Shown: positions 1 through 8,681 of the stretch, in pieces
Layout: each line of letters opens with the position of its first letter
Position numbering within the stretch: the first letter of the stretch is position 1
Source of the DNA: Nitrospirota bacterium
GTDB lineage: Bacteria; Nitrospirota; Nitrospiria; Nitrospirales; NS-4
Assembly (NCBI GenBank): GCA_963788195.1
Contig: CAWBGA010000001.1
Location: forward strand, 256,001 to 320,000
Direction of reading: 5' to 3'
DNA: 64,000 nt
Program-made: the position numbers and the translations under genes
The notes under the pieces: model-generated
What the model saw: only the letters and a program-made list of their open reading frames with translations
What the model was told of the DNA's origin: nothing
Database searches by the model: none

Positions 1-1414
1 CGAAACTGACCTTGAAGGATTCAAGGACTACCTGACGTTCCAATTTTGCCTCGACGGCAAAACCCTCTTTAAAGGAATCCGGGAGGTCCTGCCTGGGCAT
101 GTCCTGATCGCGCGAAAAGGCACGGTGGAGACGCGGCGCTACTGGGAGGTGTATTACGATCTCGACTTCGAGCACAGCCCTGAGTATTTCGAAGAAAAGA
201 TCCGGGGATTGCTCGATGAATCCGTGGCCTTTAACCTTCGGAGCGATGTTCCGGTCGGCGCGTATGTGAGCGGGGGGTTGGATTCGGGCATTGTTGCATC
301 GCTGGCGGTACAACATGGGGGCGCCGGCTTTAAAGGCTTTAACGGGAAGTTTTCATTTGACCGGCCTATGATGAAAGCCGATATGCCCGTGATCTGGCTC
401 GCACGCGCGGGTTTGAGCTTCATGAGGTGGACATTACCGCTACGGATTTTGCCGAACATATGGAGAAGGTGATTTATCACCTTGATTTTCCGACCGCAGG
501 TCCGGGCGCATTTCCTCAATTCATGGTCTCGCGGTTGGCTGCACGTCATCGAAAGGTGGTCCTCGGCGGTCAGGGGGGAGACGAAATCTTCGGCGGGTAC
601 GTCCGGTACCTGGTGGCGTATTTCGAGCAGTGTATCAAAGCCGCGATCGACGGCACCATGCATTCCGGCAATTTCATTGTGACGTATGAATCCATCATTC
701 CTAACCTGAGTGCGCTCCGGAATTATAAGCCCATGCTGCAGCAGTTTTGGCGAGAAGGGCTCTTTGAGGATCTCGACAAGCGGTATTTCCGATTAGTCAA
801 CCGCACGGCAATGTTACAAGACGAGATCAACTGGTCTCTGCTCGGCGATTATTCGCCGTTTGAGACCTTCCGCAGCATCTTCAGGGGCAAGAACGTCCCC
901 AAGGAATCCTACTTCGACAGCATGACGCACTATGATTTTAAGACGCTCTTGCCGGCCTTGCTCCAGGTCGAGGATCGCATGAGCATGGCGCATGGCCTCG
1001 AATCACGCGTTCCGTTTTTGGATCGTGATCTGGTCAAACTGGCCGCGACCATTCCCTCCAATATCAAGTTCAAGGACGGGAATATGAAACATGTGTTGAA
1101 GAGTTGCATGAAGTCCGTATTGCCTGAGTCCATTCTGAATCGGACGGATAAGATGGGGTTCCCGGTTCCACTGCAGGAATGGTTTGCGGAAAAAGGCGAT
1201 TGTGCGGGAGTTCGTCACGGACATCCTGTCTTCACAGAATGCCAAGACCCGATCGCTCATCGATAATCGTCGCGTATTGGCCGGCATAGATCAGGAGCAG
1301 AAGTTTGGTCGGAAGATATGGGGTTTTCTTTGCCTGGAGCTGTGGCAGCGGAGTTTTCACGACAGAGCATCCTATTTTAAGCGATCGCTCAATAATCAGG
1401 AGACACTGGCATGA
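1..1414 (+). CDS. asnB: AsnB-family glutamine amidotransferase (WbmI-like), 5'-truncated by the window edge, 2 apparent frameshifts (~360, ~1190)
   Basis: Joined ORFs 125-472, 427-1266, 1184-1414 give RSDVPVGAYVSGGLDSG, GQGGDEIFGGY, EDRMSMAHGLESRVPFLD, KMGFPVP and LELW, all AsnB motifs; frame is open from base 2. Confidence 0.9.
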
Positions 1415-2358
1415 AGGTGCTCATCACGGGAGGAGCCGGTTTTATTGGATCGCACTTGGCAGATCGCCTGATTGCGGGAGGACACCAGGTGTGTGTGATC
1501 GACAATTACGCGACGGGCCGCCGCGATAATCTCGCACCCCACCCCAATCTGACAGTGATCGAGGGCACGATCGCGGACGCCGGATTGGTGAACACCGCGT
1601 TTGCGAAATTTCAGCCGGACAAGGTCGTGCATGCCGCGGCTGCTTATAAGGACCCGGATGATTGGAGTGAGGATGCTCGAACCAATGTTCTCGGAACGGC
1701 GAACGTGGTGAAAGCATCGACATCGGTGAATGTCGGCCGATTGATCTATTTCCAGACTGCGCTGTGCTATGGCCTTCATCCCAGCGAACAGCCCGTCACG
1801 CTGAATCACCCGGTTCGTCCTGAAGGATCAAGTTACGCGATCAGCAAAACGACAGGAGAGCAGTACGTCATGCTCAGCCCCCTCAACTATATTTCTTTCC
1901 GTTTGGCGAATGCGTACGGTCCCCGAAACGTAAGCGGTCCGTTGCCCACGTTCTATCATCGTCTGATTAACAACAAGCCGTGCTTTGTCATGGACACCAG
2001 GCGTGATTTTATCTTTATCAAGGACTTGGTCGACGTGGTGCTCATGGCTCTCGAAGGGAAGGGCGGCAAAGGTGTCTACCATGTCTCCTCAGGATCGGAT
2101 TTTGCGATCAAGGACCTCTTCAATGCCACGATTAAAGCCCTCGGGACGAAACTAGACCAAGAGGTTGAGACACGTCCGCGTAAACCGGATGATGCCTATA
2201 CCATCCTGTTGGACCCCTCGAAGACACACCAAGACTTTCCCGGGTGGCGCGCTTCCACTCCATTGGATCTCGGGGTGGCGGCCGCCATTGATTGGTACAA
2301 GCGATTCGGTCTCACCGAAACCTTCACACATCTAAAACTGGGTGAGGGGAAGAAATAG
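1411..2358 (+). CDS. NAD-dependent epimerase/dehydratase, WbmG/WbmH-like SDR
   Basis: GGAGFIGS, YAISK; HAAAAYKDPDDW, YFQTALCYG and GPRNVSGPLP match my recollection of Bordetella WbmG/WbmH; ATGA overlap with the upstream gene. Confidence 0.85.
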   Translation: MKVLITGGAGFIGSHLADRLIAGGHQVCVIDNYATGRRDNLAPHPNLTVIEGTIADAGLVNTAFAKFQPDKVVHAAAAYKDPDDWSEDARTNVLGTANVVKASTSVNVGRLIYFQTALCYGLHPSEQPVTLNHPVRPEGSSYAISKTTGEQYVMLSPLNYISFRLANAYGPRNVSGPLPTFYHRLINNKPCFVMDTRRDFIFIKDLVDVVLMALEGKGGKGVYHVSSGSDFAIKDLFNATIKALGTKLDQEVETRPRKPDDAYTILLDPSKTHQDFPGWRASTPLDLGVAAAIDWYKRFGLTETFTHLKLGEGKK

Positions 2359-2381
2359 TCAGGCGGCATCCGCATCATTCT

Positions 2382-3461
2382 ATGATTGAACATTTGCGGC
2401 ATACGCGAAGTCTAGTGGTCGGGGGGGCGGGGTTTGTAGGAAGCAACCTCGTTCGCCGCCTGCTCAGGGACGGAATTGACCGCATCGTGGTAGTGGATAA
2501 TTTGCTTTCCGCCGAGGCCTGCAACTTGCCCGAGGACCCGCGGCTTGAGTTTATAGAGGGGTCGATCGCGGACAGCCGGGTGCTTGCCCGCCTTCATGAT
2601 GAGTTCGAATACGTCTTTCATTTGGCGACGTATCATGGCAACCAGAGCTCGATCGCAAATCCTTTGGCGGACCATGACAACAATTTGATCACAACGCTCA
2701 AACTCTACGAACAGATCAAGGGGTTCAAGAAACTCCGGAAGGTGGTTTATGCGGCTTCGGGCTGTACGTTGGCGCCTCATACGGCTGATCAGCCGGAGGC
2801 CACATGTGAAGATGGTCATGTCCCCTTCGATCTGGATAGTCCTTACCAGATATCCAAGGTCGTCGGCGAGTTCTACTCGGTGTATTACCACCGACAACAC
2901 CATCTTCCGACGGTGCGGGCGCGCTTTCAGAATGTCTATGGTCCGGGCGAGTTCCTGGGCGCAGGGCGATGGCGCGGCACACCCGCGACCGTGTGGCGCA
3001 ATGTCATGCCGACATTCATATACCGCGCGCTGAAACATCTGCCGTTGCAGGTAGAAAACAATGGCGAAGCGACTCGGGACTTTATTTATGTCGACGACAT
3101 CGTACACGGTCTGTTGTTGTGTGCGGTAATTGGTGAACCGGGCGATGTCTATAATTTGGCGAAGGGTGTTGAAACATCCATCTTCGAGCTTGCCGAACTG
3201 ATCAATGCGATCGCCGGCAATCCTGTGCCGGTGGAGCTTCTTCCAAGACGCGCATGGGACCACTCTGTTAAACGGTTTGGAAGCACGGAAAAGTCGATGC
3301 GATGCTTGGGGTTTGAAGCCCATGTTCCTTTGGAGGAGGGCATCCGGCGAACCATGGATTGGACTCGCAGCAACATGCAACAGATTGAAACCTGTATCCA
3401 AAAACATGCTGCGCATATGAAGGTCCAAGCGCCGGCGTCGGTTCTGTCAACAGAGAACTGA
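2382..3461 (+). CDS. NAD-dependent sugar-nucleotide epimerase, WbmF-like
   Basis: VVGGAGFVGSN, FHLATYHGNQSS, YQISK, GAGRWRGTPATVWRNV closely match my recollection of Bordetella WbmF. Confidence 0.85.
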   Translation: MIEHLRHTRSLVVGGAGFVGSNLVRRLLRDGIDRIVVVDNLLSAEACNLPEDPRLEFIEGSIADSRVLARLHDEFEYVFHLATYHGNQSSIANPLADHDNNLITTLKLYEQIKGFKKLRKVVYAASGCTLAPHTADQPEATCEDGHVPFDLDSPYQISKVVGEFYSVYYHRQHHLPTVRARFQNVYGPGEFLGAGRWRGTPATVWRNVMPTFIYRALKHLPLQVENNGEATRDFIYVDDIVHGLLLCAVIGEPGDVYNLAKGVETSIFELAELINAIAGNPVPVELLPRRAWDHSVKRFGSTEKSMRCLGFEAHVPLEEGIRRTMDWTRSNMQQIETCIQKHAAHMKVQAPASVLSTEN

Positions 3462-3519
3462 CATACTGCATCACGCCCGTTGAACACCACTTGCCAGGTA
3501 ATGCCAGACATCCGCGCTT

Positions 3520-4263
3520 TTGATCTTGCAATCGCCAAGCCAAGACGTACGGCGTGTCCTTCTGGTGGGGAACTCTGTGTCACTGCCGCCTATGGAGGGT
3601 GTACCAGCCTATCCCAAGCTGCTGGAGGAACGGCTCGGTGATCGGTGGAAAGTCGTTCATATTATCAGAGGCGGGGAAACGGTTGATCAATTTGAGCCGG
3701 AGGTGCTAACCACGTTAGAGGAGACGGTGCCACGTGCGATCCTACTCCAGGTAGGTATCAATGAATGCGGGCCGCGGCCTTTAAATCGCAAAGAGAGGGA
3801 AAGGCTTGGAAGAGTGTGGCCTCGCTGGCTTCGTTCGTTGTTGATCCGTATCCTCCACCACTTTCGACCGCAGATTATTCGTGCTCGCGGGCCTAACCAG
3901 TTCACGCCGTTAGCCGTGTTCGCTCAGAGTGTCGAGAAGATTATTGCAAAGGCTGTATCTCTACGCTGCGCGGTCTTGATCTTGCCGATTACGCGGGTCA
4001 GTGCAATCGCGGAAATCCGCCAGCCGTTTTTTAACCGAGAAATCGAACGGTATAACGAAGTACTACGTGGGTTCAAACGGAACGGCGTCGTGTATGTGGA
4101 ACAGCAGGAGCTGCTCGGCTCTCACACGCCGGAAGATTTTGGTATTTCCCCTGAGAACGTTCATTTGAAGGGCTGGGCGCATGAAAGAATTGCGGCATTT
4201 GTATCCGATTGGTTGGACCGTTCGCTCGATACGAACACTCTCCTTCGGGAGACACAGCCATGA
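3520..4263 (+). CDS. SGNH/GDSL hydrolase-fold protein (putative O-acetyl esterase/transferase)
   Basis: Block I LLVGNSV, block II RGG, block III QVGINE, block V ENVHL; start uncertain. Confidence 0.65.
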   Translation: MILQSPSQDVRRVLLVGNSVSLPPMEGVPAYPKLLEERLGDRWKVVHIIRGGETVDQFEPEVLTTLEETVPRAILLQVGINECGPRPLNRKERERLGRVWPRWLRSLLIRILHHFRPQIIRARGPNQFTPLAVFAQSVEKIIAKAVSLRCAVLILPITRVSAIAEIRQPFFNREIERYNEVLRGFKRNGVVYVEQQELLGSHTPEDFGISPENVHLKGWAHERIAAFVSDWLDRSLDTNTLLRETQP

Positions 4264-5357
4264 GGCCGGTGTCGGTGTTGTTGCTCTATGCCCAGAGCGA
4301 CGTCAATAAGACCTTCTCATATCAATACGGCTGGCCACGTAAATTTCTCGACCATCCTCGCTTTCGATGCACGGCTGTGAACGTCGTGGATCGTAGCTGG
4401 GAGGCCATTTGTGACCGGTACAAGGCCCTATGGACGGTAAAATTTGATGCTCTTGTCATTCTGCATTCTGTGTTTTCCAATGGATGCTACCTGCGACCGA
4501 GGCATCTGTTATTTCATGCGGTCAAAGCGTTACGGCTTCCCAAGGCGTACTTCATCGGGAATGAATACAAGTTGATGCCCGAGAAAATGGCGTTTTGCGA
4601 AGCGCTCGGCATCTCGTTGCTGGTATCGCAGAGCAATAGTCCGGCTGTCCACCGGTTATATCGTGACCGGCTGAAATGCGCCGTGGCGGGTATTCCGAGT
4701 GCCGGATTGGATACGACCGTATTTTATCCGCAGATACCGTGGGGGGAACGCCCAATAGACATAGGCTATCGATCGGATGAATCGCCGATTTACTTGGGCC
4801 ACACGGAGCGGCGTCAGATTGCGGACTATTTTCTGGCGCAGGGGCCCCGTTACGGCTTGAACATGAATATATCTTTGAAGCAAGCCGATCGCTTTGGCGA
4901 ACATGGGTGGGCCGCATTTCTCAATCAATGCAAGGGCCAGTTGGGTACGGAAGCCGGCGGAGATTACTTTGAACTCACCGACGCCACCAGAAAGGGCTAC
5001 GGGCGTTATCTCAAGCGACACCATACGGCCACCGACCAGGAAGTCCTGGATCGGTTTTTCAAGGACTACAAGAACCCCATCGCCATGCGGGTCCTCAGCG
5101 GACGTATTGTCGAAGCGGCAGGTACCAAAACATTACAGATCCTATTTGAGGGTCGCTATAACGATTATTTCAAACCGGACGTCCATTACATCCCACTCAA
5201 GAAGGACTTTAGTAACTTCGACGAAGTGATGGAAAAGTTTCGCGATGAGAACTACTGCCGCTCCCTCACCGAGCAGGCCTATGAATTGGCGATCAAAGAG
5301 CTGACCTACGACAAGCTGATTGACAAGTTTTACGATGCCTTGGTGCCGTTTTTATAA
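4260..5357 (+). CDS. Putative glycosyltransferase (GT-B-like) of the polysaccharide cluster
   Basis: ATG 4260 overlaps the upstream TGA; RPIDIGYR, SGRIVEAAGTKTLQIL and HYIPLKKDFSN resemble GT-B C-terminal domains. Confidence 0.55.
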   Translation: MRPVSVLLLYAQSDVNKTFSYQYGWPRKFLDHPRFRCTAVNVVDRSWEAICDRYKALWTVKFDALVILHSVFSNGCYLRPRHLLFHAVKALRLPKAYFIGNEYKLMPEKMAFCEALGISLLVSQSNSPAVHRLYRDRLKCAVAGIPSAGLDTTVFYPQIPWGERPIDIGYRSDESPIYLGHTERRQIADYFLAQGPRYGLNMNISLKQADRFGEHGWAAFLNQCKGQLGTEAGGDYFELTDATRKGYGRYLKRHHTATDQEVLDRFFKDYKNPIAMRVLSGRIVEAAGTKTLQILFEGRYNDYFKPDVHYIPLKKDFSNFDEVMEKFRDENYCRSLTEQAYELAIKELTYDKLIDKFYDALVPFL

Positions 5358-5364
5358 CGACATT

Positions 5365-6699
5365 ATGAGGAAGCATACTTTGGTTAAGGCTGCATTAAAA
5401 CTCAGTGCCTGGGGGTATCTTCGTCCAATACGTTCGGCTATGCACTTGCTTTGGAATAACAGCCCCAAGTCCTCAATGAATTTACTGGGAGCTCTTCTCC
5501 AACTGAAACTTCGAAAAAGTGCTTTGCTGCCGCTCGCAAGGGTCCTTGATAAACGACCAGCAGTCTCCTTGTTGAGCAATCTGAATTCAAGTGTCTTTGG
5601 CGAGTTTGTGACGGATGACGGATGTAAACTCTTCTTATACGATGGATATCGAGATCGGATAAAACGACAATGGCGATTAGATTACTGGCCGACGATCGCC
5701 CTGCTGACTATCTGTACTCGCATTGACGTGGGTTCTGCCGGGGTCGCTTTGATCCGTGACATCAATTCGGGGCGCACACTGCCGGTATGCCTAGATGAAG
5801 TGGCAGATATGGTAGCTGCTTTGGCGAAAACACATCCGAAGGAACTCATAGAGTCAGACATCCCCTCGCCGCTTACAAAAAGAACGATTATTGCTGCTCG
5901 GCTGACTGTCAAGCAGGCAGACTCAATGGCAAGCTATTACCGGCAGATCGCCATGAGGATGTTAACGCAGTATGCGAGGTTCCAATCTATCCAGAACTTC
6001 GACCGTCTCCGGGTTTTGGAGGTCGGTTGTGGCATGGGCTACGCCGTGATGGCGTTGTCTGCACTTGGTATTGACCGACCTGTCGGGATTGATTCTGGAG
6101 TGAAGGACTACCGCTGGATTTCCGAGCGGCAAGCGGTGGCTGGAAGGCTAGGTGCTGACACGTGCGGGAACCATTCGTCCGTAAAGATCCTCGAAGGCGA
6201 CTGTAGCAGCATGGACTTAAATGATAATGAATTCGATTTCATCTACAGTGCCTCTGTGGTTGAACATCTCCCAAATTTACAGCGAGCGTTTTCAGAAATG
6301 GCCCGAGTGCTAAAGCCGGGTGGAATGATGATTCATCACGTTGACCCTTTTTTTTCTCCCAAAGGCGGCCATGCTTCCTGTACCTTGGATTTTCCTTGGG
6401 GACATGTCCTTTTAACTCCATCGGAGTTTCGCCGGTACCTTCAACAATGGCGACCCTATGAACACGATCACGCGCTTACGGCGTATACCTGCAACTTTAC
6501 TTCGCCGCGGGCGTCACTTTTTGATCTTGAACAGATTATTTGTCAAACCGGACTGACTATAATCGCGTGGCAGGAGGATCGTTATCCTGATCATTCTCCC
6601 ACGAACAATACATGGAGGCACGCCAAGGCACTTCATCCAACAGTTGGGCTGCGCGATTTGGCGGTGGATAGACTCAATTTGGTGTTGATGAAGCAATGA
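5365..6699 (+). CDS. Class I SAM-dependent methyltransferase with an unassigned N-terminal region
   Basis: VLEVGCGMG, FDFIYSASVVEHL, RVLKPGG; ATG at 5365 preferred over TTG 5320. Confidence 0.8.
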   Translation: MRKHTLVKAALKLSAWGYLRPIRSAMHLLWNNSPKSSMNLLGALLQLKLRKSALLPLARVLDKRPAVSLLSNLNSSVFGEFVTDDGCKLFLYDGYRDRIKRQWRLDYWPTIALLTICTRIDVGSAGVALIRDINSGRTLPVCLDEVADMVAALAKTHPKELIESDIPSPLTKRTIIAARLTVKQADSMASYYRQIAMRMLTQYARFQSIQNFDRLRVLEVGCGMGYAVMALSALGIDRPVGIDSGVKDYRWISERQAVAGRLGADTCGNHSSVKILEGDCSSMDLNDNEFDFIYSASVVEHLPNLQRAFSEMARVLKPGGMMIHHVDPFFSPKGGHASCTLDFPWGHVLLTPSEFRRYLQQWRPYEHDHALTAYTCNFTSPRASLFDLEQIICQTGLTIIAWQEDRYPDHSPTNNTWRHAKALHPTVGLRDLAVDRLNLVLMKQ

Positions 6700-6715
6700 G
6701 AGTCGTGGATTACTT

Positions 6716-7639
6716 ATGACCGATCTGGGTTTCCTACTGAAGTTACAGGCTCTCCAACTCCGCGATTTTGGGTTAAGCCAATATCTTCAATGGCATAGGG
6801 TGCTTCTCGCTGCGTGGATGCGAGAGCGGAAGAATCGAGGGGCTTATCGAGTGCTCAACGAAGCTGAGTTAAAGGCCTCACGGAAATCAGATACGGTGTT
6901 TATTTTCGGGTCCGGTTATTCCCTGAACGATATCACAGCGGAAGAATGGCGACACTTTGAGAAGCACGACACGTTGGGCCTCAGTGGTTTCGTCTATCAG
7001 AAGTGGATTCGGGTTGATTACCATCTTATCCGTGGGTGGGTGGAGGCTAAAGCCGGAGCTTTGAATTGGAAGGCCCACAGCCAGGACTTCGCGGACGTTC
7101 TCAATGCGAATGAGTATTTCAAGGATACAATTCTCGTTATGCAAGGCGAATATCTCGCCCAGTTCTGTAACAGCCTTATCGGGTGCGGTCACATCAGGCC
7201 GGGCACGCGGATCTTCCGATACCGCACAGCGAGAGCCGCAAGAGCTCCGACACCCTGTCTCGCAGACGGGCTCGCCCATAGCTTCGGCACCCTCAGCGAT
7301 GCGGTGAACTTTGCTTATTGCATGGGATGGGAGCAGATTGTTCTGGTGGGCGTGGATCTATACGACTCGCGTTACTTCTGGTTGAAAAGCAATGAGACAC
7401 TCGCCGTGAATGAAGCGACGGGAATGCTGATGCCGGCTGAGATCAATACCCGCGGAGTTCGATTTGACGGAAAGCACAACGCCACGAACAACGGAATCGT
7501 CGAGGCAATGACGAGCTGGCGGGAGCTTTTCGAGCGCGAGAATGTGAAGATCTCTGTCTATAATCCTCGTTCTCTTCTTCGCGATGTTCTGCCTGTCTAT
7601 CCGAATTGTTCATCGATGGTAATAACTAAGAATCTTTGA
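6716..7639 (+). CDS. DUF115/Maf-like (sialyltransferase-fold-like) protein
   Basis: VFIFGSGYSLND and AVNFAYCMGWEQIVLVGVDL resemble the IxGxGPSL and AxxMGxxxIxLxGxD motifs of Maf/GT42-type folds. Confidence 0.5.
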   Translation: MTDLGFLLKLQALQLRDFGLSQYLQWHRVLLAAWMRERKNRGAYRVLNEAELKASRKSDTVFIFGSGYSLNDITAEEWRHFEKHDTLGLSGFVYQKWIRVDYHLIRGWVEAKAGALNWKAHSQDFADVLNANEYFKDTILVMQGEYLAQFCNSLIGCGHIRPGTRIFRYRTARAARAPTPCLADGLAHSFGTLSDAVNFAYCMGWEQIVLVGVDLYDSRYFWLKSNETLAVNEATGMLMPAEINTRGVRFDGKHNATNNGIVEAMTSWRELFERENVKISVYNPRSLLRDVLPVYPNCSSMVITKNL

Positions 7640-7723
7640 GACATCGGCGCTGCTGAGGTCGGCCGGGCATCGCAAAGCCGAACGCCGTTTGTCCTCAGTT
7701 CTCATTTAAATCCGGAAGAGATC

Positions 7724-8680
7724 ATGGAACGACGCGAGCTTGGAAAGACCGGTATGCAGGTGAGCGTCCTGGCTCTGGGTGCGGCCGATATCGGATTCAA
7801 GAATCTCTCTTTAAGCAAGGTTGAGCGGCTTCTCAGAGAGGCCATGGACCTCGGCGTCAATGTGATTGACACGGCAGAGTGCTATGGGGACAGCGAAGAA
7901 AAAATAGGCCGGGCGACCCCGGCACGTCGCCAATACTATATCTTTACCAAATGCGGGCACGCGTCCGGGCTCGACTCACCAGACTGGAGTCCCCGCTTGT
8001 TAGAGCAGAGCATCGAGCGGAGCCTGCGCAGGCTTCGGACGGATTATTTGGATGTGATCCAGCTGCACAGTTGCTCCGAACAGGTCTTACGCCAGAGTGA
8101 TGTGATCCAGGTCCTGCAGCGGGCAAAACAGGCCGGGAAAACCCGGTATATCGGCTATAGCGGCGACGGCCAGAATGCAGTGTACGCGATTAAGTCAGGA
8201 GTGTTTGACACGCTGCAGACCTCGATCAATCTTGCTGATCAGGAAGCGATCGATGTCAGTTTGCCGCTTGCTAAAGAGCGAGGCATGGGCGTGATCGTGA
8301 AACGGCCATTGGCCAGGGTCGCCTGGACGTTACCGAAGAGGATCGGCCGCGCCACGCGAGCGGTTCTTCGCCGGCTTCTGTGGGTCATTCCTCCGTTGCG
8401 CGGGCATCCCAGCGGTCGATTGAACGATACTTACCTGGCGCGCTTCGACCACCTCAATTATGAATTTCTCAGACAGGGCGGTTCCGAGGCTGTGGAAACC
8501 GCGCTGCGATTTACGTTGAGCGTTGAGGGCGTGCATTCCGCCATTGTGGGTAGTCTCAAGCCCGAACGGTGGAGACAGAATGCAGCAATCGTGGCGGCAG
8601 GGCCTTTGAACAAGGACATCTTCGAGGCCATCCGCGCCCGCTGGCTGGTTGCGGCCCGACCAAACTGGACTGAGCATTAA
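7724..8680 (+). CDS. Aldo/keto reductase
   Basis: MERRELGKTG, IDTAECYGDSE, FTKCG, SLRRLRTDYLDVIQLHS. Confidence 0.9.
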   Translation: MERRELGKTGMQVSVLALGAADIGFKNLSLSKVERLLREAMDLGVNVIDTAECYGDSEEKIGRATPARRQYYIFTKCGHASGLDSPDWSPRLLEQSIERSLRRLRTDYLDVIQLHSCSEQVLRQSDVIQVLQRAKQAGKTRYIGYSGDGQNAVYAIKSGVFDTLQTSINLADQEAIDVSLPLAKERGMGVIVKRPLARVAWTLPKRIGRATRAVLRRLLWVIPPLRGHPSGRLNDTYLARFDHLNYEFLRQGGSEAVETALRFTLSVEGVHSAIVGSLKPERWRQNAAIVAAGPLNKDIFEAIRARWLVAARPNWTEH

Positions 8681-8681
8681 C

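Noticed and set aside
2412..3428. 338-aa antisense ORF
   Set aside because: Shadow of the WbmF-like gene; no motifs.
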